A DNA stretch of 51,357 nucleotides from NCBI GenBank assembly GCA_946616455.1, contig CAMOIR010000001.1, forward strand, positions 1 through 51,357, read 5' to 3'. Position numbers and translations under genes: made by a program. Positions 27,329 to 37,098 of this stretch are shown here, piece by piece (position 1 is the stretch's first letter; every line of letters begins with the position of its first letter). The notes under the pieces are model-generated. The model was not told the origin of the DNA. It did no database searches and saw nothing but the letters and a program-made list of their open reading frames with translations. Source of the DNA: an uncultured Candidatus Saccharibacteria bacterium (GTDB lineage: Bacteria; Patescibacteriota; Saccharimonadia; Saccharimonadales; Saccharimonadaceae).

Positions 27329-28248
27329 CACCTTTTGCACACTTTTTTGCAAAAATCAATCAAATTTCACCCCTAGAGAACAATTTTACAGAGGTGTTAA
27401 GCTCTATTGTGCTTATGCCAAAAACATTGTATTTTCGTGGTAAAATTCCAGAAAATGTGTCAAAAAATGGTAAACAGATGCGCCCAAAAGCAGTTGCTAT
27501 TGTGGGCTCTCGTCATAACACTAAATATGGTGAAGAGATTGCCTATCGTTTAGCATTTGAACTGGCAAAGAAGGGTGTAATAATTATATCTGGTTTAGCT
27601 TACGGGATTGACACGATTAGTCATCAAGGATGTCTTGATGCTGGTGGGACTACGATAGCAGTACTTGGAACCCCCATTGACGATATTTGTCCAAAAGCTC
27701 ATATTCGGACCGCCAAAAGAATAGTTGAGCAAAACGGTGCAATCATTTCAGAGTACGCACCGGGTTCAACAGTTTTTGCGAAAACAAGTTTTTTAGAGCG
27801 TAATCGTATTATCTCTGGACTCTCAGACGCTGTAGTGGTGGTTGAAGCGGCTGAAAGATCCGGTTCGTTAAACACCGCAACGCATGCTTTGGCTCAAGGC
27901 AAAGAGGTATTTGCAGTACCGGGTAATATTACAAGCCCCTACTCACAAGGCTGTAATAAACTAATTAAACAGGGTGCAATTCCGCTCACTGAAACAGACG
28001 ACATATTGCGTGAATTATTCCCAGAGGACTATCTAAGACGCAACAAAAGACTTTACCAACAGAAACTATTCGGTGATACTGATGTGGAGACGAAAATAAT
28101 CCAATCCATCGCCGGTGGTAAAAGGATGGGTGAAGATATCGCTAAAGAGACACACCTTCCCCCAGAATTATTTAACGAAACAATTACAATCCTAGAAATC
28201 AAAGGACGGGTTCGTTCACTTGGATTTAATAATTGGGCTTTAGTCTAA
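27322..28248 (+). CDS. dprA: DNA-protecting protein DprA
   Basis: VAIVGSR, ISGLAYGID, FLERNRIISGLS, VVEAAERSGSL, FAVPG, GCNKLIKQGA. Confidence 0.95.
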   Translation: MSTPFAHFFAKINQISPLENNFTEVLSSIVLMPKTLYFRGKIPENVSKNGKQMRPKAVAIVGSRHNTKYGEEIAYRLAFELAKKGVIIISGLAYGIDTISHQGCLDAGGTTIAVLGTPIDDICPKAHIRTAKRIVEQNGAIISEYAPGSTVFAKTSFLERNRIISGLSDAVVVVEAAERSGSLNTATHALAQGKEVFAVPGNITSPYSQGCNKLIKQGAIPLTETDDILRELFPEDYLRRNKRLYQQKLFGDTDVETKIIQSIAGGKRMGEDIAKETHLPPELFNETITILEIKGRVRSLGFNNWALV

Positions 28249-28761
28249 GAACTCATCAATTCTATTTGCAGCAGCGTTTAGTATTAGTGGAAGTTGTTGT
28301 TTTTCTTCTGGAGTAAACTTCGAAAGCACAAAATCCACATCACCCATTTTTTTCCTTAGAGCGTCATTCCCTGTACCAATTCTTAATCTCGGATATTCGT
28401 TTGTTTTCAAAGCTTTATCTATGGACTTTAGTCCATTGTTTCCACCAGCTAAACCCTCATGGCGCAGCCTTATTTTTCCAAATTCCAGGTCAAAATTATC
28501 GCATATTACTAGAATGTCCGAGATTGGTACTTTATAGTATCTCGCAAAGTTTGCTACCGCAATTCCAGAATCATTATAATAATCCTGAGGCTTTATAAAA
28601 ATCGCATTTTCCTCTTTACTCCACAAAGCACCCAATTTAGGCGTGTCATTCCAAGACATTGTTTTGGTTTTAAAATAATAATCTAGCACCAAAAAACCAG
28701 TATTGTGTCGCGTAAAATTATATTTATTCTCTGGGTTTCCTAGTCCAACAATTAATTTCAT
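28240..28761 (-). CDS. pth: Peptidyl-tRNA hydrolase
   Basis: LIVGLGNP...TRHNTGF, KPQDYYNDSG, GGNNGLKSI, RLRIG. Confidence 0.93.
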   Translation of the reverse strand: MKLIVGLGNPENKYNFTRHNTGFLVLDYYFKTKTMSWNDTPKLGALWSKEENAIFIKPQDYYNDSGIAVANFARYYKVPISDILVICDNFDLEFGKIRLRHEGLAGGNNGLKSIDKALKTNEYPRLRIGTGNDALRKKMGDVDFVLSKFTPEEKQQLPLILNAAANRIDEFLD

Positions 28762-28794
28762 AGCTCTATTATATCAAATATGCAGCTTTTAGAA

Positions 28795-28820
28795 TAAAAT
28801 GCCCCCTATAATAGGGGGCA
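28795..28820 (-). terminator. Intrinsic terminator of the PIN-PhoH gene
   Basis: TGCCCCCTA-TAA-TAGGGGGCA. Confidence 0.7.
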
Positions 28821-28844
28821 GAGTTGTAAGGTGTAAGTGTTACT

Positions 28845-30449
28845 TCAATGCTTTTCATTTTCTTTCTGTCTCATGGTCAACATTTTGACTAATGGATGCC
28901 GAATCACTTCTTCCTCAATAAAATGCACTTGCGCTACCATTGGGCTGTCCATCAACTGTCTTGAAGCGTAAGTTAGTCCACTACTCGACTGGTCGATATA
29001 GGGAACATGGATTTGTCCAATATCACCAGTGATAATAATCTTACCATCGGCACCAAGGCGTTTGATCAATGTGTCAGCCTGGCTAACGTTCTGATCCTGA
29101 AACTCATCATAAATGGCTAACTCATAAGAAAAGTCCCGTCCACGTGCGTGCTCAATCGGAATATTGGAGAAGAAATTATCCCACATCATGTCTACCCGAT
29201 CTTTTAATCTCGCTTTAATGGACTTTTTGCAGGCAGTTTCATTTTCGACGTGATGATTGCCGTTCTTTGGCTTGTCGTCCGTGCCAAATTTCTGGAAATT
29301 TTCTAATTCCTTCCTAAATTTAGGATCCTCGTTTAAGAGATAGTTCCGCAACGCGTTTTTGATCGGCTGTACTTCGGGGTCCATTTTTTCATCCAGGTCA
29401 CCAGGAAGAGCACCAAGTTTGCTTTTCGAATCACAAGGAATCACTGTTACGCCAATAAAATCACCTTTTTTGCAGGCGTTGTAGCCATACACCGTAGCCA
29501 TATAAGTCTTACCAGAACCAGCTACGCCGGTGCAAATGACAGCTGCGATATCTGGGTTCATTAAGGCTTCTGCATAGATCGCTTGTCCGGCATTGTGCAG
29601 ACGTATAGGGAAATTTTTGACGTATCTTAGTTTTACAATAGCTTCCTCAAACGCATCATACCGTCCGATGTAAGAAAAAAACGGATCGTTCCTTGCATCA
29701 AAATCCGAAGGATAATCGTTTTCGTCTTCAAGGTGCATAACGATGAATTCGTTAGCAATCAATCTAGGCTGTGACGGCATCATTTTCTCCCAAAGTATTC
29801 GGTCGACTCTCTGGACATAATAAAACTCATCAAAGAGTTCTCTGGGTACCACGACATCTCTTCTACCGGTATACGGCTCCGAATACTTGTACCCATAGCG
29901 TCTTGTCCTGATGCCTCTTAGCCTTGCACGAATTGCCAAACCATTATCATTCGTAAGCAGTGTCACATTGTTGTTGCTTATTAACTGAATCTTATGCCTT
30001 GCGATAGTACCATCAATTGGATAATTGGCATTATTGTACATTGCCGCAAGCGTTGTCAGAATAATCTGGCCATCCATATCATCATCCAAAGGATCAAAAG
30101 GCAGACATTTGTGAAAATCTTTATGAAGTGGCAAAGTCGAAAACATCTGATTTCTCTCCGGCATATAAATCGGAGCATCCATCAGATAAGTGTCATTAAT
30201 ATTGGGATTAGTTCCATTTCCTAAATCACGCAATCTTCTGAGGACCGTTCTCGCAGCTGCACCGCGATCAGTCTTTTCGTTTTTGAAGCTAGAAAGTTCC
30301 TGTATTACAGCCTCAGGTATTACGATATGAGCTCCGGAAAGGTCAATCGTAGGCTCACCTGTGTTGTACTCAGTACCTCCTGGAATGATGTCGACGTAAT
30401 CTACCAATATATTGGTGTCGACAACAAAAATTTGACGCAAATTTCGCAT
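28845..30449 (-). CDS. PIN-PhoH family protein (PhoH2/YlaK type)
   Basis: N-terminal VVDTNIL, VIQEL, DGQII, LLTNDNGL (PIN). GVAGSGKT, LGALPG, RGRDF, DEFQ, GDIGQ, RHPLV (PhoH ATPase). SD AGGAGG. Confidence 0.9.
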   Translation of the reverse strand: MRNLRQIFVVDTNILVDYVDIIPGGTEYNTGEPTIDLSGAHIVIPEAVIQELSSFKNEKTDRGAAARTVLRRLRDLGNGTNPNINDTYLMDAPIYMPERNQMFSTLPLHKDFHKCLPFDPLDDDMDGQIILTTLAAMYNNANYPIDGTIARHKIQLISNNNVTLLTNDNGLAIRARLRGIRTRRYGYKYSEPYTGRRDVVVPRELFDEFYYVQRVDRILWEKMMPSQPRLIANEFIVMHLEDENDYPSDFDARNDPFFSYIGRYDAFEEAIVKLRYVKNFPIRLHNAGQAIYAEALMNPDIAAVICTGVAGSGKTYMATVYGYNACKKGDFIGVTVIPCDSKSKLGALPGDLDEKMDPEVQPIKNALRNYLLNEDPKFRKELENFQKFGTDDKPKNGNHHVENETACKKSIKARLKDRVDMMWDNFFSNIPIEHARGRDFSYELAIYDEFQDQNVSQADTLIKRLGADGKIIITGDIGQIHVPYIDQSSSGLTYASRQLMDSPMVAQVHFIEEEVIRHPLVKMLTMRQKENEKH

Positions 30450-30562
30450 AGAATACACCCTCCTTCTAAAAGTGCAAAGGTATTATACAAAAATGAGAGC
30501 AACCTTCGAGCTCCCACCTATCTATATTATATCACAAAATAACCAAAGGCGCTAAGATAAAA

Positions 30563-31894
30563 CTAATCTTCGCTGTGGAACGAAAACTTAATTGGTGTCC
30601 CAACAAATGGATACTTCTCTCTAATCTTACGTTCCAGGAATCGTTTCCAAGACCAATGTAGTAATCCTAAATCGTGTCCATGCACTACAAACCACGGCGG
30701 ACAAGTGTCAGTTTGGACGATATATTTTGGCTTTGGACGAGTATTCTTAAGTCCTGCTGGCGGATGACTAACAATGGCTTCATTTAGAACTTTATTTAAA
30801 TCAGAAGTTTTTATAGTGGTATTTTGTGCTTCATTGATTTGGAGAGCTAACTCAAATAGGTTGGTGATATTTTTCCCCGTAACGGCACTCGTAATTAATA
30901 CCGGCGCATATGGCAAAAAATCATAATCCTTCTCCAACCCATCTAAGAGAAAGTCTGCACTAGTACGGTTCTTGATATTCTCTTCGCCATAATAATTTGT
31001 TGGCTCAGCATTTTCAAGCAAGTCTGATTTAGTAACGATAAACATTATTCCTTTGCCAGCCTCAACGATCTGCCCCGCTAGTGCTTGCTCGAGCTTGTTG
31101 TGAGGCTCTGTTGCATCTATCAGGAGACAGCAGATATCCGCTTCTTCAATTGCGGCAAGCGATCTAATAGCCGAGAATTTCTCAATACCAACTTCGCGTT
31201 TGCCCGGTTTCCTAAGACCGGCCGTGTCTAGTATTTCAAGATCTCTACCTTTATACTTTATCTGGACACGATTGATATCCCTCGTTGTTCCCTGTCTCGA
31301 ACTGACGATTGCCTGTTGTTTTTTTCCTAAAGCGTTAAAAAGTGAAGATTTGCCTACATTTGGTCGTCCAATTAATGCAATCTTCAACACATCGTTATCC
31401 TTTTCTGCTTTTCCTTTTGGTAGGGTGTTTTTTAAACTCCTAATTCCCTCACCAGTGGTTGCTGAAACATAATAAGTGTTTTCTGGTGCAATTCCAAGGG
31501 CTCGAAATTCTGTTATGGGCAAAGATTCTTTGAGGTCACATTTATTCAATACAAGATACACGGGCTTTTTAGAACGTAATGCATTCTTGCAGATTTGGGC
31601 ATCCTTGTGATCAAAATATTTAGAAGAATCTAACGTTACGAGTATTGCATCAGCAACCTCAATTGCGTCAGCAATCTGATTCTGGATGGAGGCTTCGAAC
31701 TCATCATTGGGATCTTTCAGTCCAGCCGTGTCAATTAGTACAAACGAATCATCAATGGTGGCAACTACATTATCACGGGTTGTTCCTTCTTCTCGTGCCA
31801 CAATTGCAACATTCCTGCGCACCATGCGATTTAAAATACTAGATTTACCAGCATTTGTCTGACCAATTAACGCAACAATAGGGAGTTTACTCAT
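30563..31894 (-). CDS. der: Ribosome biogenesis GTPase Der (EngA)
   Basis: Two tandem G domains (GQTNAGKSS, GRPNVGKSS, DTAG twice) and a C-terminal KH-like domain ending GTPI. Confidence 0.95.
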   Translation of the reverse strand: MSKLPIVALIGQTNAGKSSILNRMVRRNVAIVAREEGTTRDNVVATIDDSFVLIDTAGLKDPNDEFEASIQNQIADAIEVADAILVTLDSSKYFDHKDAQICKNALRSKKPVYLVLNKCDLKESLPITEFRALGIAPENTYYVSATTGEGIRSLKNTLPKGKAEKDNDVLKIALIGRPNVGKSSLFNALGKKQQAIVSSRQGTTRDINRVQIKYKGRDLEILDTAGLRKPGKREVGIEKFSAIRSLAAIEEADICCLLIDATEPHNKLEQALAGQIVEAGKGIMFIVTKSDLLENAEPTNYYGEENIKNRTSADFLLDGLEKDYDFLPYAPVLITSAVTGKNITNLFELALQINEAQNTTIKTSDLNKVLNEAIVSHPPAGLKNTRPKPKYIVQTDTCPPWFVVHGHDLGLLHWSWKRFLERKIREKYPFVGTPIKFSFHSED

Positions 31895-31945
31895 AAAACA
31901 TATTATACCATAAAAAGAGTCATCTATAAAGGATAGTACATTGTA

Positions 31946-32196
31946 TGGCGATCTTAGCGGGATTTTGATTTGTGCTGGCACACAAATCAATTCGTGGGGC
32001 GTCTCCTCGAAATGTCCAAAGCCTGCTTTGGACATTTACTCGGCTCTTACCACGAGCGAACCCTGCGGGTTCTCATCCCATCTCCGACCTGTCCATTAGA
32101 GATTAAAAGACGCTAAATTGGTGTTTTCTTCGTGCGAAGTGCGTCTATCGACGAGCGAGCACGAAAAAACGCCGAGATGGCGTCTTTTAACTCTAA
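31946..32196 (-). repeat. tRNA-Glu-associated hairpin element ending in a degenerate tRNA 3'-end copy
   Basis: TGGCGATCTTAGCGGGATT (31946) resembles TGGTGATCTCGGCGGGATT (32197). Nested hairpins homologous to those after tRNA-Leu. Confidence 0.75.
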
Positions 32197-32273
32197 TGGT
32201 GATCTCGGCGGGATTCGAACCCGCGATTGCCTGGATGAGAACCAGGAGTCCTGGACCGCTAGACGACGAGACC
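32197..32273 (-). tRNA. tRNA-Glu (CTC)
   Basis: GGTCTCG acceptor, CCTGG-TT-CTC-AT-CCAGG anticodon arm, GGTTCGAATCC T-arm, encoded CCA. Confidence 0.95.
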
Positions 32274-32320
32274 ACAGAAAACAACAATGTTTTACTATCT
32301 ATATTCTACCATAAGAGCCA

Positions 32321-33562
32321 CTAATATTCAATACTGCCGTAATCCGGTATTGCTGAGACAAAAGCTTGTCCAGGCGCAAGTGCTACCTCATTTCCCTGGT
32401 TATCTGTGAATTTTATTTGATCGTTCTTTGTTGCCTTTTGCCATCTTCCTTCTATGGCGATACCATTTTGAAAAATATATGCATCCCCAGATCCTATAGT
32501 AGAGATATCTTCATGATAATCATCAGAGGCACGCCTTTCGTTTACTACTATAGCAACAACGGTGGAGGGTTTCATTTGCACTAATTCACAGTAATCCTCT
32601 GGGTTCTTTTCGCCGAGGTTTTCATCAGGGCATTTATAAACATTATGATCACTACCATTTGCATAGCTGCGCCTATACGTATTTGACTCAATATCATATG
32701 TGTAGTTTACATTGTAAGCCGGTATGTTCCCAAAGTTAAGACTAATCGAAGTTGTTTTTGCTTCCATAGCACTGGTGTTGTCTGTAGTTGGTTTTGTGAT
32801 ATTTAGTTTATTTGTTGCTAGTTTTTCTATTCTCTGTTTTTGCGATTCCTCTGGCGTCATATGTTTAAAGCCTTTTACATCAGAACTAGTATACCCACGA
32901 TTGGAACTAAACTGATTTAGGTAATCAGAAGTTGTAAACAGATTATTCCAAAGTCTATTACCGTGCGTTCCACGATACATGTAAGTATAGTCTTCTGTCA
33001 AATCTCTATAGCCGCCTGCGGTAAGTGCAGCAAGTGCATCGCTAGATCCACCGGCGTGCACGATTGTGCAATCAAATGGGGTGTCCCACTCTAAATAGTA
33101 TATTCTAAGTGACCTAATTGGCCCAATAATGGCACTTTTAGGGTTTTGAAAGATGGCCGCAAATCTTGTAATTCCAGCTTCGGCCACAGCTTCAAAAACC
33201 ACTCCTGCCTCCGTTAAACCAACCTGTGGTCTGGCGCCATCAAGTCCGTTTGGAATTTGGATACAATAAGTCGGCATGTTAAGCTGATCCTCCGATATGC
33301 TAATTCCACTCAGGAGGCTATAGGTGTCATTATTGTTATTCTTTTCTGTATGGATGGAATCATAGTTGATTTGTTTTATTTCCTGCCCACTATTTAATAA
33401 ACCAATAGCTAGACAAATTACACCACCACAAAGGGCTATACATCCAGAGATTAAAAAGAATAAACATTGTTTTCTAGGAGTAGCGTCATTTTTGATTTTC
33501 TTTTTTTTATTGACTTGATTAATCATTTCTTTGTTTAATTCTGTTGAAAAATCATCGCTCAT
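32321..33562 (-). CDS. DUF3048 (YerB-like) membrane-anchored protein
   Basis: ARPQVGL..A.VVFE..AEAGITRF.AIF, IGPIRSLR, HAGGS, G.W.K, L.PG. Confidence 0.85.
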   Translation of the reverse strand: MSDDFSTELNKEMINQVNKKKKIKNDATPRKQCLFFLISGCIALCGGVICLAIGLLNSGQEIKQINYDSIHTEKNNNNDTYSLLSGISISEDQLNMPTYCIQIPNGLDGARPQVGLTEAGVVFEAVAEAGITRFAAIFQNPKSAIIGPIRSLRIYYLEWDTPFDCTIVHAGGSSDALAALTAGGYRDLTEDYTYMYRGTHGNRLWNNLFTTSDYLNQFSSNRGYTSSDVKGFKHMTPEESQKQRIEKLATNKLNITKPTTDNTSAMEAKTTSISLNFGNIPAYNVNYTYDIESNTYRRSYANGSDHNVYKCPDENLGEKNPEDYCELVQMKPSTVVAIVVNERRASDDYHEDISTIGSGDAYIFQNGIAIEGRWQKATKNDQIKFTDNQGNEVALAPGQAFVSAIPDYGSIEY

Positions 33563-33649
33563 TATCTGTTACTCCATTATTTTTTAAAAAAAACATTACT
33601 TTTTTTATAATTTTAGCACAAAATAAAAAACTTATGTTATAATGAGGTT

Positions 33650-34651
33650 ATGTTTACAAAAAAGGTCATCACAAACACATCACTTTTAATAGCAATATCG
33701 TCAGTTTTACCACTGACAACTGTAAATGCGACAACTGAACAAGATGCCAATTTTACGGCCAATGTAACAGAATCGCTTTCTGTTTCTATCACTACGCCAG
33801 AAATATGGGCGAGCGGTAATATCAACGAATTTTTGCGAAATGAAGTCAATGTTAGTGTTACGTCAAACAATTCAAATGGCTTCACTGCATCCATGTTTTC
33901 TGATTCCACCACAAACCTGACCAATAATTCATTAAATACCGAAATTATTCCTACTTTATCTACAAGCTTTACGAGGTCTAGTTTCCCTGCTAATTACTGG
34001 GGTTATTCGCTAGGAGAATACACGTTGGGTGGTGTCGCTCAGGGTACGTATACTCTTAATGGTAATACATACGGAGAAACTCTTGCTGGTAATGATAATA
34101 GTAACTATTTTCCTCTTGTAAATACAAGTGCTACTCCAATCACATTAATTTCAGCTGCTTCCGGTACAACCAGCGGCTCACAGACTGTCTATTTTGGTGC
34201 TAAGGCTGATGCTACTAAAGCAGCCGGTACATATTCTGGTACGGTCATTATTAGTGTAGTAACTGATACTATTTCCAATGATAACCCAATTACTCCAGAC
34301 AACCCAGTTACACCAAATACTGACACCAATATTGCCGACAATCAACCTACATACACTGGTACCGGTACTACGATTGGTCGTACCACCAATGGAGCCACTG
34401 TCTATACCCGTAGTAATACTAGTGGAAGTGGAGATTCAGCCACCGAAACAGTTACTACTCAAATAAATGAAGGAGATATTACTTCGTCTTATCCTCTAGG
34501 TGTAGTTAATGAATATAGCTATAATGTCTCGAGTGTTTCACCACTCGTCACCGGTCTTTCTGCTGCCGCCTCTCTTGCTGCCTTCTCGAGTATAATCTTT
34601 GTTATTACTGCTAGACGCAAACAAGACGAAGAAGATGAGATTGAAGACTAA
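33650..34651 (+). CDS. Secreted/surface Ser-Thr-Asn-rich protein with C-terminal membrane anchor
   Basis: Signal peptide, AGTYSGTV beta-strand motif, PxxP linker, YPLG, hydrophobic helix and RRK tail. Confidence 0.7.
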   Translation: MFTKKVITNTSLLIAISSVLPLTTVNATTEQDANFTANVTESLSVSITTPEIWASGNINEFLRNEVNVSVTSNNSNGFTASMFSDSTTNLTNNSLNTEIIPTLSTSFTRSSFPANYWGYSLGEYTLGGVAQGTYTLNGNTYGETLAGNDNSNYFPLVNTSATPITLISAASGTTSGSQTVYFGAKADATKAAGTYSGTVIISVVTDTISNDNPITPDNPVTPNTDTNIADNQPTYTGTGTTIGRTTNGATVYTRSNTSGSGDSATETVTTQINEGDITSSYPLGVVNEYSYNVSSVSPLVTGLSAAASLAAFSSIIFVITARRKQDEEDEIED

Positions 34652-34690
34652 TTTCTCTCTTCTAGCCTAAATAGTAGTATAATTATATCT

Positions 34691-36130
34691 ATGGAAACAG
34701 TTACAAGATTTGCACCAAGCCCTACTGGCTATATTCACATTGGTAATGTAAGATCAGCTATCTATCCATTTTTATTAGCTAAGAAAAACGATGGTAAGTT
34801 CATCCTGCGTATTGAAGACACCGATCGGGCTCGGTACGTAGATGGTGCAACTGAACTAATTGAGGATACGCTAGAATGGTTAGGTTTAAAATGGGATGAA
34901 GGGCCCATCATTGGTGGCAACCATGGACCATACTTTCAGAGCGAGAGAAAGGATATTTATCTTAAATGGGCCCAAAAACTAATTGATTCTGGCCGCGCCT
35001 ATGCTGACCCTACATCACCAGAACAAATCGATAAGTACCGTAAACAATGCAGTGAAGATAAAACCCCATTTCTCTATCGGCATTATCGCCCATCGGATAC
35101 GCCTGTCTGGAAGCCAGGTCTTCCGCTTAGATTTAAGTCGGAACCCACAATTTATAAATGGCACGATGAGGTAATGGGTGACATGGAGGCTGGTCCTGAA
35201 GTCCAAGATGATATTATCTTAATCAAAAAAGACGGTTTTCCTACATATAATTTTGCTCATATCGTAGATGATGCCGAAATGGGGGTGACACATGTTATGC
35301 GTGGTGTAGAATACTTATCCAGTACGCCAAATTATCTTGCTATCTACGAAGCATTAGGCCTCACGAGGCCTAAGCTAGTTTCTCTTCCACACATCTTAGC
35401 TCCAACTGGCAACAAAAAACTGGGCAAAAGAGATGGTGCAAAATCAGTCACTGAATACAGAGACGATGGGGTATTAGCAGAGGCAATGCTAAATTATCTT
35501 GCGTGTTTAGGGTGGAATGATGGCACCGAAAAAGAAATATACACCTTAGAAGAGCTTATAAAAAGCTTTTCGTTAGACCGCATTCAAAACTCTGGTGCAC
35601 GTTATGATGAGACTAAACTTCTTTGGCTAAATGGCCAATGGATTCGTAAAATTGTTGACGAGCGTGGCGTAGAGGCTCTTTACCTGAGAACAAGAACCTT
35701 TTGGCCAGAATCTGCTTCAACCTATGAGGATAATTATAGAATCAAGGTACTTTCAATTATTTATGATCGCCTAAAAACTCTATCTGATTTATCTACGATG
35801 ACAACCTATTTCTTTGAAGACCCAAGAATAGATTTAGATTATTTAGCTAAAAACAAATATCTCAAAAATCTTTCAGAATCGGAGCTAGAACAATTATTAA
35901 AGACTTCTATTGCAAAGCTTCAGCGTATTGAAGAATGGTCAGAAGATAATCTCCAAAATGCACTCAATGAATTATTGCAGGAAACTAGCTCTAAGCCAGC
36001 TGTTTTATTTAGTCTCATTCGTATATCGGTTAGTTTTGCACCATTTAGCCCAGCATTGCCACTTACTTTAGCCGTACTTGGCAAAAATACTTCACTGGCA
36101 AGACTAAACTCCGTAGCTAGTTTCATCTAA
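34691..36130 (+). CDS. gltX: Glutamate--tRNA ligase
   Basis: RFAPSPTGYIHIG, LRIEDTD, PTYNFA.IVDD, KKLGKRDG. Confidence 0.96.
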   Translation: METVTRFAPSPTGYIHIGNVRSAIYPFLLAKKNDGKFILRIEDTDRARYVDGATELIEDTLEWLGLKWDEGPIIGGNHGPYFQSERKDIYLKWAQKLIDSGRAYADPTSPEQIDKYRKQCSEDKTPFLYRHYRPSDTPVWKPGLPLRFKSEPTIYKWHDEVMGDMEAGPEVQDDIILIKKDGFPTYNFAHIVDDAEMGVTHVMRGVEYLSSTPNYLAIYEALGLTRPKLVSLPHILAPTGNKKLGKRDGAKSVTEYRDDGVLAEAMLNYLACLGWNDGTEKEIYTLEELIKSFSLDRIQNSGARYDETKLLWLNGQWIRKIVDERGVEALYLRTRTFWPESASTYEDNYRIKVLSIIYDRLKTLSDLSTMTTYFFEDPRIDLDYLAKNKYLKNLSESELEQLLKTSIAKLQRIEEWSEDNLQNALNELLQETSSKPAVLFSLIRISVSFAPFSPALPLTLAVLGKNTSLARLNSVASFI

Positions 36131-36134
36131 TCAT

Positions 36135-36992
36135 TTACAAGGAAAGAGCGATAGAGCCTAATTGTTTTTTGGTAAGAGAACCATCTTTAGCCTCGATTTT
36201 ATACAGAATACCACCATTCACCCAAGTTGCTCTGCTGCCATCAATGTAAATAGTCAAGCCTTGCTCGCGGACTACTGCAGTGTTTTCGCCAAACTCTGAG
36301 CGTACATAATTATTTAGAAGCGCATCGGAGTCCCATGATGATTTTTCTTCTGTTAAGTTAAATGAATTATTGTCGGCACCCATAAAGGTCATGACAATTT
36401 TACCTTGTTCTGAAACAATACTAGACAAATCGTAATCTCTAGGTACAAACTTTGGATAAGATGCCTCAATCCCAGATTGCATCGCAGTCACTTTAAGAGA
36501 TAAATCAGGCATACTCTGGTTCACAAAATACATAATTGCAAAGACGACTGCGGCAGCACATGATAAAGCAAGTACTACCCTTCCGAAACCAAAATGAATT
36601 TTACTCTTTGATAATTCCTCTTGTTGCTGTGGAGACTGCTTTGCTGCAGCTTGTAAAGCTTTTTGGATAGCACGCTCCTTTAATTCTTTTGCTGATACTT
36701 GTCGGCTAGTTCGCTCCAAATTTAAAGCATCCTTTCGCTCTTGCAACTTTTGATTCGCACTGATTTGTTTAGGGTGTGGTATCGCAGCTGCAATAGCTTC
36801 TGTTCCTTGATTAACTTGGCGATTTTCTAAAGTCGGTGTGCTAAAATGAGTAATCTTAACGCTTCTTTTAATTGGCACAGCAAAATCAACTCTTTTTTCT
36901 GGACGTTTTACATATCTCCTATTAAGTGTAGTAGAAGATTGTACTTTGCGCTGTATGTTTACAGCCATATTGTTATCGTCGTCTCGTTTCAT
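36135..36992 (-). CDS. Membrane-anchored hypothetical protein (DUF4367-like C-terminus)
   Basis: One TM helix, then YP..VP..Y and W...G..Y.I....L.K.QL..IA.SL. Confidence 0.6.
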   Translation of the reverse strand: MKRDDDNNMAVNIQRKVQSSTTLNRRYVKRPEKRVDFAVPIKRSVKITHFSTPTLENRQVNQGTEAIAAAIPHPKQISANQKLQERKDALNLERTSRQVSAKELKERAIQKALQAAAKQSPQQQEELSKSKIHFGFGRVVLALSCAAAVVFAIMYFVNQSMPDLSLKVTAMQSGIEASYPKFVPRDYDLSSIVSEQGKIVMTFMGADNNSFNLTEEKSSWDSDALLNNYVRSEFGENTAVVREQGLTIYIDGSRATWVNGGILYKIEAKDGSLTKKQLGSIALSL

Positions 36993-37098
36993 TATCGCCT
37001 CGCTTATTCTTATTACTATAATAACCTTTATCAAAATAAAAAGCAAGAGCAAAATCAGACTTTTTATGATTATTCTTGTTTTGTTATATAATATAAAT

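Noticed and set aside
31895-32324. N-terminal extension of Der and ORFs 32096-32287, 32118-32324, 32132-32314
   Set aside because: They overlap tRNA-Glu and its hairpin element. Der homology starts at MSKLPIV (31894).
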